Shown: positions 55,691 through 64,000 of the stretch, in pieces
Position numbering within the stretch: the stretch's first letter is position 1
Layout: the number at the start of each line of letters is the position of its first letter
Source of the DNA: a virus
Strand: one strand, 5' to 3'
IMG/VR virus record: IMGVR_UViG_3300035703_000047
Location: 1-64,000 of that record
DNA length: 64,000 bases
Notes under the pieces: generated by a model
Told to the model about the DNA's origin: nothing
The model's input: the letters and a program-made list of their open reading frames with translations, nothing else
Databases searched by the model: none
Translations under genes and position numbers: made by a program

Positions 55691-57388
55691 TTAAATAATA
55701 GAAACATACGTTCTTGGAATTTGATATGGATTATTAATAGTTGGAGAACTTATTTCCTGAACATAAATTGATCCAATTCCAACATAAGAAGATTTTGAAA
55801 ACGATTCCAAACCAAAACAAATACTAAACAACGTACCAAAAGTTTCTGTATATACTCTAGTAATGGACTCTTCAGAATGTCCAGAAATATTAATAAATCC
55901 TCCTGTAATAGTAGACGGTAAGAATCTGACATTAGGATGATTTAATTCTCCATATAAATTAAAATCTACAAAACCAACATTGGAGTAAACTGATAATTTT
56001 CTAGTGTTTCCATGACCTTCTATATTAATTAATCCATTTTGATTAAACGAATACTCAAATTCAATTTTTGATGGACTATAACCGGATATAGTATATAAAA
56101 TACCAGAAGAAGGTGGTAATTTTGTAATTGATGACTGTGATGAACCTAAAATGTTTAATGTAGCAACCTTTCCAACATAATCTTTGGTATTAACTCCATT
56201 ATAAGATGTTAGAGAAGATAGTGTTCCATTTCCAACACTTGAATAACCGAATTTTAATCCACTATAAGATCCCGATAATTGGTGATTGCCAAATGCATCA
56301 TAAGAATATGTGGAATTAATTTGAGTATTAGATGTACCATCAAACGCAAATAGTGCAACTCTCTGTGAAGGATTAAAACTAACTTTAGATATAGCTGAGT
56401 ATTGATCATCACATTTAATTTCTTCGTTATCGCAAGTGTCATATGTATTATCTACATCATGTCTTGTAAACTTAAATAGAACCGTGGAAACATTGTTACG
56501 TGCATAAGTACTTGTAGACGATCCATTTATTAAAATTTGAGCAAGACTTACATTAACATAACCAACTTCAACTGAAGAATATCCAGAAATACTATAAATT
56601 GATGTATTCGTTACAGTCTGCCTACTAAAATTATTCAGACTGGAATTTGAGAAAGTAAATAACTGTGTATTACTTCTGGAATCTACTGAAGTGGATTCTG
56701 AAGATGTTCCGGATATAGAAATATTTCCATCACCATTATATGCATAAGATTTTTTCGAAACACTAGTTACTACAGAGAATAATATACCCGAACCGGAATA
56801 AGACTTACTTTGACTTTCTTTAGTTGTAAGTGTTTGTTGAGAAATTTCAATTGATCCAGAAGTTGAAAATTCTCCAGAATCACCATAGTAACCATAAACA
56901 GAAATTTTTCTATTTAAAGAATCTCCATAAACATTCAATGATCCAGTGGCAATATATGGAGTAGGTACAAAAGCCGGTCCACCGATTCCTGAAACAACAA
57001 ATGCACCCGATGCGTTATATGGGGATCTAAATCCTTGGGTGTTTGTTAATTTTTTATCATCATTAAGACTAATTAACCCTTTGCCTTTATATTTAAAATC
57101 GTAATTCCTTGAAAAAATATCTATAAATATAGTTCCAATTCCAGGATAACTTCTTGGAACTTCTACATTACTTTGACCAGAAAAACTAAAAAGAGTTGGT
57201 TTGCCAGGATAAGAAGGTGTGTAGTCAGTTAGAGCTTTTGACCTATCTACTAATATCTGTCTACCAAAAGTTATTATATCTTCATCAATATTAAAGGTTA
57301 TAGTTTTTGACGCAAAGGTGTTAGTATTTGGCCCAACAATAACACCAAGTCTTAACTTACCTTTAATACTGTCAAATGTATAGTTCAT
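55691..57388 (-). CDS. Ser/Gly-rich putative virion structural protein
   Basis: Repetitive Y-x-G-x-G beta-type motifs. Confidence 0.65.
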   Translation of the reverse strand: MNYTFDSIKGKLRLGVIVGPNTNTFASKTITFNIDEDIITFGRQILVDRSKALTDYTPSYPGKPTLFSFSGQSNVEVPRSYPGIGTIFIDIFSRNYDFKYKGKGLISLNDDKKLTNTQGFRSPYNASGAFVVSGIGGPAFVPTPYIATGSLNVYGDSLNRKISVYGYYGDSGEFSTSGSIEISQQTLTTKESQSKSYSGSGILFSVVTSVSKKSYAYNGDGNISISGTSSESTSVDSRSNTQLFTFSNSSLNNFSRQTVTNTSIYSISGYSSVEVGYVNVSLAQILINGSSTSTYARNNVSTVLFKFTRHDVDNTYDTCDNEEIKCDDQYSAISKVSFNPSQRVALFAFDGTSNTQINSTYSYDAFGNHQLSGSYSGLKFGYSSVGNGTLSSLTSYNGVNTKDYVGKVATLNILGSSQSSITKLPPSSGILYTISGYSPSKIEFEYSFNQNGLINIEGHGNTRKLSVYSNVGFVDFNLYGELNHPNVRFLPSTITGGFINISGHSEESITRVYTETFGTLFSICFGLESFSKSSYVGIGSIYVQEISSPTINNPYQIPRTYVSII

Positions 57389-57416
57389 TGATACTAATTT
57401 GTAACAACTATTTTAG

Positions 57417-57473
57417 AAAAAAATAGGAGGATGCCATAAAAAAGCGATCCTCCACCGAAATTATTAATATTTA
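57417..57473 (-). terminator. Late promoter followed closely by a hairpin terminator
   Basis: TAAATA (57468-57473)...GGAGGAT-14 nt-ATCCTCC-TATTTTTTT. Confidence 0.6.
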
Positions 57474-57490
57474 AATTGTATTTTAATTTA

Positions 57491-58498
57491 TTACTCAAGA
57501 GCAACATTAAGAGTAATTTTAATTTGGTCACCCGGATTACTTACAGTGTATGGTCCATTTGTAAATCTTTCTGCATACATAATGGAACTATAAAGAGTTG
57601 CACTACCCAATCCAACAGGATTATTAAGAGTTGGGTTCAAAGCAGGGGTAGTATAAAATTCATCACCATTAGGAACAGCAAACACCGTATATGTTCCAGA
57701 GGATAAAGTAGTATTACCAGTTCCAGCGGCAACATAAAGAATATCACCAGGTATTAATTGATGATTAACTGCTCGAATTTTTCCAAAATTAAACTCTACA
57801 CTAGGATCAGTAGCAACTTGAATATTTTCTATTAATGCTTTATCTAAATAAACAACTTTTAACGCCCTATCAATACCTATGACTTTAGTTCCCGTTTGAA
57901 TTCCTGCGTTTCCACCAACAACCATTCCTAGAGTCAAATCATCTACAGTTAAATCAGAATCAATTGTAATGTAAAAATTACCGACGATTCCAATCACTGG
58001 ATCGCTATTACTTCCTTTAGTAACTGTAGTACCAATACCAACAGAAGCATAATGATTCACGCCTTGAACTGTAACAGGCATGTTATTTGCCCTGGTTACA
58101 TAATATCCAAAAATATCTCCAGCTTCTGACGAAAAGGTAAAAGTTTGTTCGGGATATGTAGCAGTTGTGCCTGAACCTACTTGATTTATTCTCCAACGAG
58201 ATCCATTTAATAAAATACCGGTCTGTGAAGTATAATTTTGATCTGATCTATTGTTTACGCAAAAAGGATATCCAGTAGAAGGAGTTGATCCATATCCAAC
58301 AGACCCAGAAGCATCATACGGTTCATAGTATGCTAATTGTGAAGGAACATCAGTTTCTGAAGGAGCCGTGTTACTTGAAAAAAGTTTTAAAACTAAATTT
58401 CTTGGAGACTGATCGGCTAAACTTGCAGTAAAATTATTTTGAGCAATCAAATATCGAAGGGACTCAAGTTCTCCAATGTTTGGAACTAATAGTGCCAT
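57491..58498 (-). CDS. Virion structural protein
   Basis: MALLVPNIGE...YAERFTNGPY...GDQIKITLN; late promoter at 58540-58545. Confidence 0.75.
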   Translation of the reverse strand: MALLVPNIGELESLRYLIAQNNFTASLADQSPRNLVLKLFSSNTAPSETDVPSQLAYYEPYDASGSVGYGSTPSTGYPFCVNNRSDQNYTSQTGILLNGSRWRINQVGSGTTATYPEQTFTFSSEAGDIFGYYVTRANNMPVTVQGVNHYASVGIGTTVTKGSNSDPVIGIVGNFYITIDSDLTVDDLTLGMVVGGNAGIQTGTKVIGIDRALKVVYLDKALIENIQVATDPSVEFNFGKIRAVNHQLIPGDILYVAAGTGNTTLSSGTYTVFAVPNGDEFYTTPALNPTLNNPVGLGSATLYSSIMYAERFTNGPYTVSNPGDQIKITLNVALE

Positions 58499-58542
58499 TT
58501 AAACAACTCCGTACAAACTATAATGTTTCTTGATATCTCTAT

Positions 58543-59220
58543 TTATAATTTTAATTTTAAAGAGATCAAAAATCTATTGATATTATTCACTGCGATAACA
58601 TCAAACGATAAAATATCGCCGGCTACTATATTTTTTGTCCAATTGGTCAAGTCATCATCACGGACTTTCCTATCATTAGACATTTGTGGATAAACTCCAC
58701 CAACTATTGAAGTAAAAGTTGGAAATGTTGAATAATTTGATTTTTTTATATCTATTGTTAAATCACCTTGTTGATCTGATAAAATTACCAAAGAATCCAA
58801 TATACCACTTACATCTAAAGTTATGGAGCCTTTATTTCCAGGTAACATGTTGATAGAACCACTATCAACAATATAATTAATTGTCCTAGTTAAATCTGCC
58901 GTTGTCGCAAGAGCAATAATAAAAACTTCATCTCCAGGATTAGGAGCTACTGTGAAAATAATATTACTTGTTGATGTGGTATAATCTTCAACTGGAGACA
59001 TTACCAAATGATTTTTAACAACAATTAATTGTTGATCATTAATAGGAACGTATGCAGTTGCGGATGAAGTTAATCCAAAAGTATGTGCTGTTCCTGTAAA
59101 TTGTGAATTTATGTTATCAAGAATAATATTTCCATATTGAATTGATTTGGTTGGGATTTCATAATCAACTCCAATTCTATATGGACCCGGTTCATCCAGT
59201 GTTACTAAGTACTCGGACAT
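58543..59220 (-). CDS. Virion structural protein
   Basis: LDNINSQFTG, F..AP..GD motifs typical of cyanophage baseplate/fibre proteins. Confidence 0.7.
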   Translation of the reverse strand: MSEYLVTLDEPGPYRIGVDYEIPTKSIQYGNIILDNINSQFTGTAHTFGLTSSATAYVPINDQQLIVVKNHLVMSPVEDYTTSTSNIIFTVAPNPGDEVFIIALATTADLTRTINYIVDSGSINMLPGNKGSITLDVSGILDSLVILSDQQGDLTIDIKKSNYSTFPTFTSIVGGVYPQMSNDRKVRDDDLTNWTKNIVAGDILSFDVIAVNNINRFLISLKLKL

Positions 59221-59552
59221 TATGATACTCCTGGAGTTACCAAAACATTTCCTTGAACAGCTCGGGTTCTGTAAGAATTAGGAGAAATAAGAATAACATC
59301 GTAAACATAACGACCACTTTCAATTGAGTCAGTTGCAGTATAACCCATAGAGACCGTAATTTTTCCATTAATTCTATCCGGAAAACTTAAAGTTAGTGGA
59401 TAAGAAACTGAAGACGTTGGGTGTTTTCTAATACAAGAAATACCCGTATATCCAGTTAAATTTAATGGTGAGTTAGTAGTATTCCTGATCGTAAAGGTGG
59501 CTTGAAAGTCAACCCCTTGTTCAAGAACTAAGTTTACGTTCCTTGCCGCCAT
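59220..59552 (-). CDS. Virion structural protein
   Basis: NLVLEQG.DF, LTGYT, GRYVYDV, VTPGV; late promoter at 59572-59577. Confidence 0.75.
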   Translation of the reverse strand: MAARNVNLVLEQGVDFQATFTIRNTTNSPLNLTGYTGISCIRKHPTSSVSYPLTLSFPDRINGKITVSMGYTATDSIESGRYVYDVILISPNSYRTRAVQGNVLVTPGVS

Positions 59553-59574
59553 TATTAGAATCCGTTTTAAGTAT

Positions 59575-59817
59575 TTATGATAAAGAGTCTAATTTAGACA
59601 TAATTAATTTCATCATATCTTTTATTTCATTCACATCGGACTTTAATTGATCTATCTCATCAATTTTTGAATCTATTTTGTTTAGTTTATTAACTTCTTG
59701 TATTTTTGAATTTTTTAATTCCAAATATTTTATATAATCAGAATCGGAACAATTTAAAATTGCTCCAGACTGTTCATCTCTAAACAAACTACGATTTCCT
59801 TCTACTGGTATTAACAT
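59575..59817 (-). CDS. Small coiled-coil protein
   Basis: Probable start MLIPVEG..LFRD..SGAILN. Confidence 0.7.
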   Translation of the reverse strand: MLIPVEGNRSLFRDEQSGAILNCSDSDYIKYLELKNSKIQEVNKLNKIDSKIDEIDQLKSDVNEIKDMMKLIMSKLDSLS

Positions 59818-59821
59818 ACTT

Positions 59822-62800
59822 TTAGATGCTTGCAATTGCTCTAAAATCCTTAATCTTTGGTACAAATGATGAATTAGTACCTGACATAATGATTTTTATT
59901 TGGAATCCATTAAATTGGGGCAAATTCGAAGCAGTAAACTCATACTGATTGAAATTATTTTCAGAAGTTGAATTTGCAACCATTTTATCGGGTCTTCCAT
60001 TATTATTGGAAGGATTAATAACTTGTCCATTTGAGTCCAAATTATCATATCCAGGGAATAATTGCCAAAGTTGAGATGATGTTGGGGAATCTGATCTAAA
60101 AATTCGATAACATACTCTAATATCATTTGTCGAATGTTTGAAAGCATCAAAGAATACTTTTAAGTTATCTGAAGGTTTATCCAAAATAACTATATTACTC
60201 AAATAAGTCGCTGCTGAAGGATCATCCGATAAAGAATTAACTCTGAAATCTGTAGCATAATTTGTAATTTTGGAATTAATTCTGTTAGCAATAGTAATTA
60301 CATTTATCCTATCCAAATCAATCATTGGAGAAACATTTTCATCTTTAGTACTTAAAGTTAGTTCCATAGTAAATGATTTTTTACCGGGGAAATTTGATAA
60401 AAATGTCTCTTCATTTATTCCAGAACAAATAATCCTTGGAGTATTGAATTGATTATTTGAATTTAAAGATATCTCAGAAAATCCTTGATCCAAGAATGGT
60501 ATCAAATCACTATCTGGTGTAGATCCACTAAATGTTCTTACTTTTGCCGATATAGATGTTCTTTGTGGCAATAATGTTTCAATATTTGGTCTGATAAAAT
60601 TAAAAGGAATGTTTTGTGATGCTTTTGGTCCTTTTGGAGATGACATCAATGGAACTGTATCATAGGATCCACATGATTTATTATCATTAAAATATAAAGC
60701 AGGAAGTCCTAAAACATTTCCAGGAGTCCTATCAATACCTCTACTACTCATTCCAACTTTAATATAATAATGGTCTAAATCTGTGGGATAATTTTGCAGA
60801 TCAGTATCTGATAAATTGTGAGTTTTATTTATTCTTCTCAGTGAGACTCCATTTAACTCATATTTAAATACAGAAGAGTCAATATTATATGATGATGAAA
60901 CTGTATCATCGATATTTCTAGTTATCCCAGTCAAACTACTAGTTGATGTGACAACTCCAGTATATCTTATGACTTCACTATTGATTAAAATATACCCCGG
61001 ATTTACTGAAGAAACGGGAACATTTTCAAAACTTGTAAATACTCCAACAGAACTTACAACAATATTATCAGTGGAAGTTGAATTGTATGAATTTTTTAAA
61101 CTTTCTGGTTTTTGATCGGATTCTAAACCAGATAACGTTACTTTATCAACTGCAGAATACATTCCATGATTGTTATGACTAACTTTAAAATGTAAGCCAT
61201 CCGATAAATCATTTATAGTGTTTACAAATGCCCCAGAGAGAGGAGAAGTTCCTGCAGAACCAACATAATATAAAGTATCAGTAACGTTTTTGTTGATGGT
61301 TCCTTGTACTTTATTTACAATTAATGAATTGAAAGCAGAGATTATTCCTACGTTGTTTGGAATCGTAAGAATTAAATTATCACCGAGACCATCAGTTTGA
61401 GAATAATTAACTTCTAAAGAGTCCCCATAAGCATATCCTGTTCCACCTACAGAAACTGTAGCCGCAATAGCAACTCCATTTTGTACACTTAAATTAACTT
61501 TTGCACCAAAACCAAAACCAGTTAAAGAAATTAAATCTACATTGGAGTAAGTTTTAAACGAAGATGTAAATCCAATTCCTGTTGAAGTTACTATTAATGT
61601 ACTTCCTATTCCAACTGAACCCACTATTCTATCTAAATTTGATCTAAATGTTATATTATTATTTTGTAGTATTGGTGTTCCTGATGTTAAATTTGTAACT
61701 TCAGTTGAAGTTAAACTTTTTCCTAATCCAATTAAAGTTGATTTAGAGATGCAGTCTAATGGATTTGGTCTCAAAGTTACAATTTGATTATTTCCAATAT
61801 CTAATTTTGGATTGTAGAATCTTACAGTGGATGGAGTAGTAACAAACTTTGCATTATAAAGAACTAACTTTAAATCTTCTAATTGACTTGGATCCCAAGT
61901 TGCTCCATTTTGGGATTTAAATAATGACCCCAATAAAGGTTGTTGTGATACAACAATTTTTTGAGATTCTGGCAACTGTAATGTAGTTATATCTTCCTCA
62001 CCCATTCTTGAAATCCACACCGTATATTCATTTGATGCTGAAAGTAGTACCACGCAATAATCTCTACCACTTTCTAGATAAACTGGAGAGGAAAATGTAA
62101 ACGTTGTTGCACTTTTGGCATCTTCAGATATAGTTACCTGACTTGGATCCAAAACAACTTCACCAAAAGGAACAATAGTTGTTGTTGGAAGACCAGTTTG
62201 CATAGTTCTTATTTGTAAAGTAACTGGCAAATTGTTGGTATCTTTTGTTCTGAAAAATATATCACATTTTGTGATGAAAACACCATTTTCCTCAGGAACT
62301 TCAAAAGACTGTGCAAGAGGATCTGACCATCTTACCTGTGTTACTGTACGAACACTCCTGTCTATGAAAGAAGTTCCTCCTATTAATGTAGTATCTCTAG
62401 TGGTTGAACTTCTAGTTTCCGTTCTACTAACTCTCTCAATAGTAGAATTTCTTGTTCTTAGAGTAACATCTTCAGTATTATTAAGAGTTCCAGAAGATGC
62501 AAATCGTGCATCAGCACTACTGTCACTAGATCCAGCGATTGTTGTATTAGTTTGACTGGTTGTAAGAGTAAAAGTCTTTGTCCCAGTTTCGAATGATGGG
62601 GTTGATTTTAACCTAGAGTCGGGAATAAATAACGATCCAATCAAAGTTCCACTAATATCCGTAATCAATCTCACATTTGTTATATTTGCTATAGCTTTAG
62701 AAGTTTGGCCAACCAATTTCATATCTTTAACAATATGTCCATAAAATCCTGATTCAGATTGCAGTTCTAAAGAAGCTGTATCAACATTTAATATAGTAGA

Positions 62801-64000
62801 AGTTGTTGAATATGAAGAAGGTATAAATTGAGAAGGTATGTATGGATTTTCAACAAACACTTGTTCCGGATTATTGTATGGCCCATACTTATGATTTGGA
62901 GTTGCTAATCTAAATTTAATAGAAGTTGTTCCCAATGTACCAATAACAGTTTCTCCAATAGTAAAACTACCACTTTCTACTTGTACTTCAATAAGTTTTG
63001 GTACAACGTACTTATTCATGTCAACATTATCAAAAAATGCATACATTAATGTTTGTGGTTTCAATCTTCTTGCTACAAATTCAATATTTCTAGATCTCAT
63101 TGTATGAATAATATCTGTAGATATTACAGATGTTCCTAAATTGACAGTATCAAATTTTTCACCAATTTTATACTGAATCCCTTGTCTAGATTCATTTGTA
63201 GTAGTTAAAGTGGTAACGTTTTGGAAAGTTACCGTTGTGTCTCTAAAGCTGGTATCTGTTATTATTGCATTTCCACTCCAGAAACTATTAGATCCGGTTT
63301 GAACAGTTTGTGTATTACTGAATAAATTTTGTCTACCAATTTCTTGTACTCCTGTCCAAGTAGTTTCCCAACCACCCCAATCTATAGGAGTTAATCCAGT
63401 ATTGGTGTCAGCGCCAAATTGTTGTATTGCAGCCGAATAATTTCCCTCTTGTTCTATTGTTCTCGTAGTTCCTCTTGTTTCAACCCATGTATCTGTTGCA
63501 GGGTTCATTTCAATAGTTCCAATCCAATTAACAACATTAAAGGGATTGACATTTTCAGATCTAGTTGCAAAATTGTTTTTGAGGTATACTTGTTCGTCAT
63601 ATTTCAAACAAACAATGTCTCCAACTTTAACAATATTTGGATTGCCCAAATCTTTTACAAATCTTAAATCCGCATCAGGATTTGAAATATTAGATGTTCC
63701 TATTACTGATTCTGAACCTAAAAGAAGATCGAAAGATGTTGTATAATGTTGAGGTCTAAGTAATCCTTCAGTGGTGTCTATACTACATTTATGTTGGGGA
63801 TTACCCAAAGATCCCGAATTTACAGATTTGAAATTATCTACAAGGAAACCACACTTAAATCTATCCAATTGTGTTTGAGAATCTCTAAGGGTTAAATTTT
63901 TAGTATCAGTTTCTAAAAGAGATAAAGATGTATAATACTCAATATTTCGTATTCTATCTTCGAGTTTGGAAATATCTTGCATTCTATAACGTTTATGTGA
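59822..64000 (-). CDS. Very large virion structural protein (VrlC/DUF4815-like), 5' part outside the window
   Basis: Open frame to the window edge; LEDRIRNIEYYTSLSLLE, DPLAQSF, LFKSQNGATW, KDFRAIA. Confidence 0.85.
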   Translation of the reverse strand, partial: SHKRYRMQDISKLEDRIRNIEYYTSLSLLETDTKNLTLRDSQTQLDRFKCGFLVDNFKSVNSGSLGNPQHKCSIDTTEGLLRPQHYTTSFDLLLGSESVIGTSNISNPDADLRFVKDLGNPNIVKVGDIVCLKYDEQVYLKNNFATRSENVNPFNVVNWIGTIEMNPATDTWVETRGTTRTIEQEGNYSAAIQQFGADTNTGLTPIDWGGWETTWTGVQEIGRQNLFSNTQTVQTGSNSFWSGNAIITDTSFRDTTVTFQNVTTLTTTNESRQGIQYKIGEKFDTVNLGTSVISTDIIHTMRSRNIEFVARRLKPQTLMYAFFDNVDMNKYVVPKLIEVQVESGSFTIGETVIGTLGTTSIKFRLATPNHKYGPYNNPEQVFVENPYIPSQFIPSSYSTTSTILNVDTASLELQSESGFYGHIVKDMKLVGQTSKAIANITNVRLITDISGTLIGSLFIPDSRLKSTPSFETGTKTFTLTTSQTNTTIAGSSDSSADARFASSGTLNNTEDVTLRTRNSTIERVSRTETRSSTTRDTTLIGGTSFIDRSVRTVTQVRWSDPLAQSFEVPEENGVFITKCDIFFRTKDTNNLPVTLQIRTMQTGLPTTTIVPFGEVVLDPSQVTISEDAKSATTFTFSSPVYLESGRDYCVVLLSASNEYTVWISRMGEEDITTLQLPESQKIVVSQQPLLGSLFKSQNGATWDPSQLEDLKLVLYNAKFVTTPSTVRFYNPKLDIGNNQIVTLRPNPLDCISKSTLIGLGKSLTSTEVTNLTSGTPILQNNNITFRSNLDRIVGSVGIGSTLIVTSTGIGFTSSFKTYSNVDLISLTGFGFGAKVNLSVQNGVAIAATVSVGGTGYAYGDSLEVNYSQTDGLGDNLILTIPNNVGIISAFNSLIVNKVQGTINKNVTDTLYYVGSAGTSPLSGAFVNTINDLSDGLHFKVSHNNHGMYSAVDKVTLSGLESDQKPESLKNSYNSTSTDNIVVSSVGVFTSFENVPVSSVNPGYILINSEVIRYTGVVTSTSSLTGITRNIDDTVSSSYNIDSSVFKYELNGVSLRRINKTHNLSDTDLQNYPTDLDHYYIKVGMSSRGIDRTPGNVLGLPALYFNDNKSCGSYDTVPLMSSPKGPKASQNIPFNFIRPNIETLLPQRTSISAKVRTFSGSTPDSDLIPFLDQGFSEISLNSNNQFNTPRIICSGINEETFLSNFPGKKSFTMELTLSTKDENVSPMIDLDRINVITIANRINSKITNYATDFRVNSLSDDPSAATYLSNIVILDKPSDNLKVFFDAFKHSTNDIRVCYRIFRSDSPTSSQLWQLFPGYDNLDSNGQVINPSNNNGRPDKMVANSTSENNFNQYEFTASNLPQFNGFQIKIIMSGTNSSFVPKIKDFRAIASI

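Noticed and set aside
24-63746. Numerous plus-strand ORFs in the track (e.g. 8291-8968, 17398-17886, 25480-25971)
   Set aside because: All are antisense shadows of well-supported minus-strand genes, with no recognisable motifs or RBS
1-64000. tRNA, rRNA, CRISPR arrays, introns, inteins
   Set aside because: No cloverleaf or regularly spaced repeats seen by eye; gp43, gp41, gp17, gp20 and uvsW are uninterrupted and of normal length

Overview
A 64-kb segment of a T4-like cyanomyovirus genome (Kyanoviridae-like, AT-rich), with essentially all genes on the minus strand. In transcription order (right to left) it holds: a large virion protein and other structural genes, neck/tail/terminase/head genes (gp13-gp23, gp3), uvsY/uvsW, late sigma gp55, gp47/gp46, a CobT-like VWA and CobS-like AAA pair split by a 4-kb insert, the replisome (gp45, gp44, gp62, regA, hsp20, gp43, uvsX, gp41), mazG, a block of late-promoted genes, primase and the start of nrdA. 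The most interesting signal is a set of late, highly charged 'beads-on-a-string' proteins (1110 aa, 547 aa, 201+98 aa). Their small modules are separated by acidic (L/I/V/M)-x-E linkers that match the prohead protease gp21 site seen in gp23 and gp22. Several other proteins begin with T4 internal-protein-like capsid-targeting leaders (MKSFxxFLxE). Together these suggest a protease-matured polyprotein cargo system. One member has an SD + G_GGA_AAG -1 frameshift cassette. Other candidates: a ROSE-like thermometer before hsp20, an unannotated NblA-like gene, a shared activator-type promoter box before cobS and cobT, and late promoters embedded in hairpins. All calls come from reading the sequence and recognising motifs; no database searches were run.
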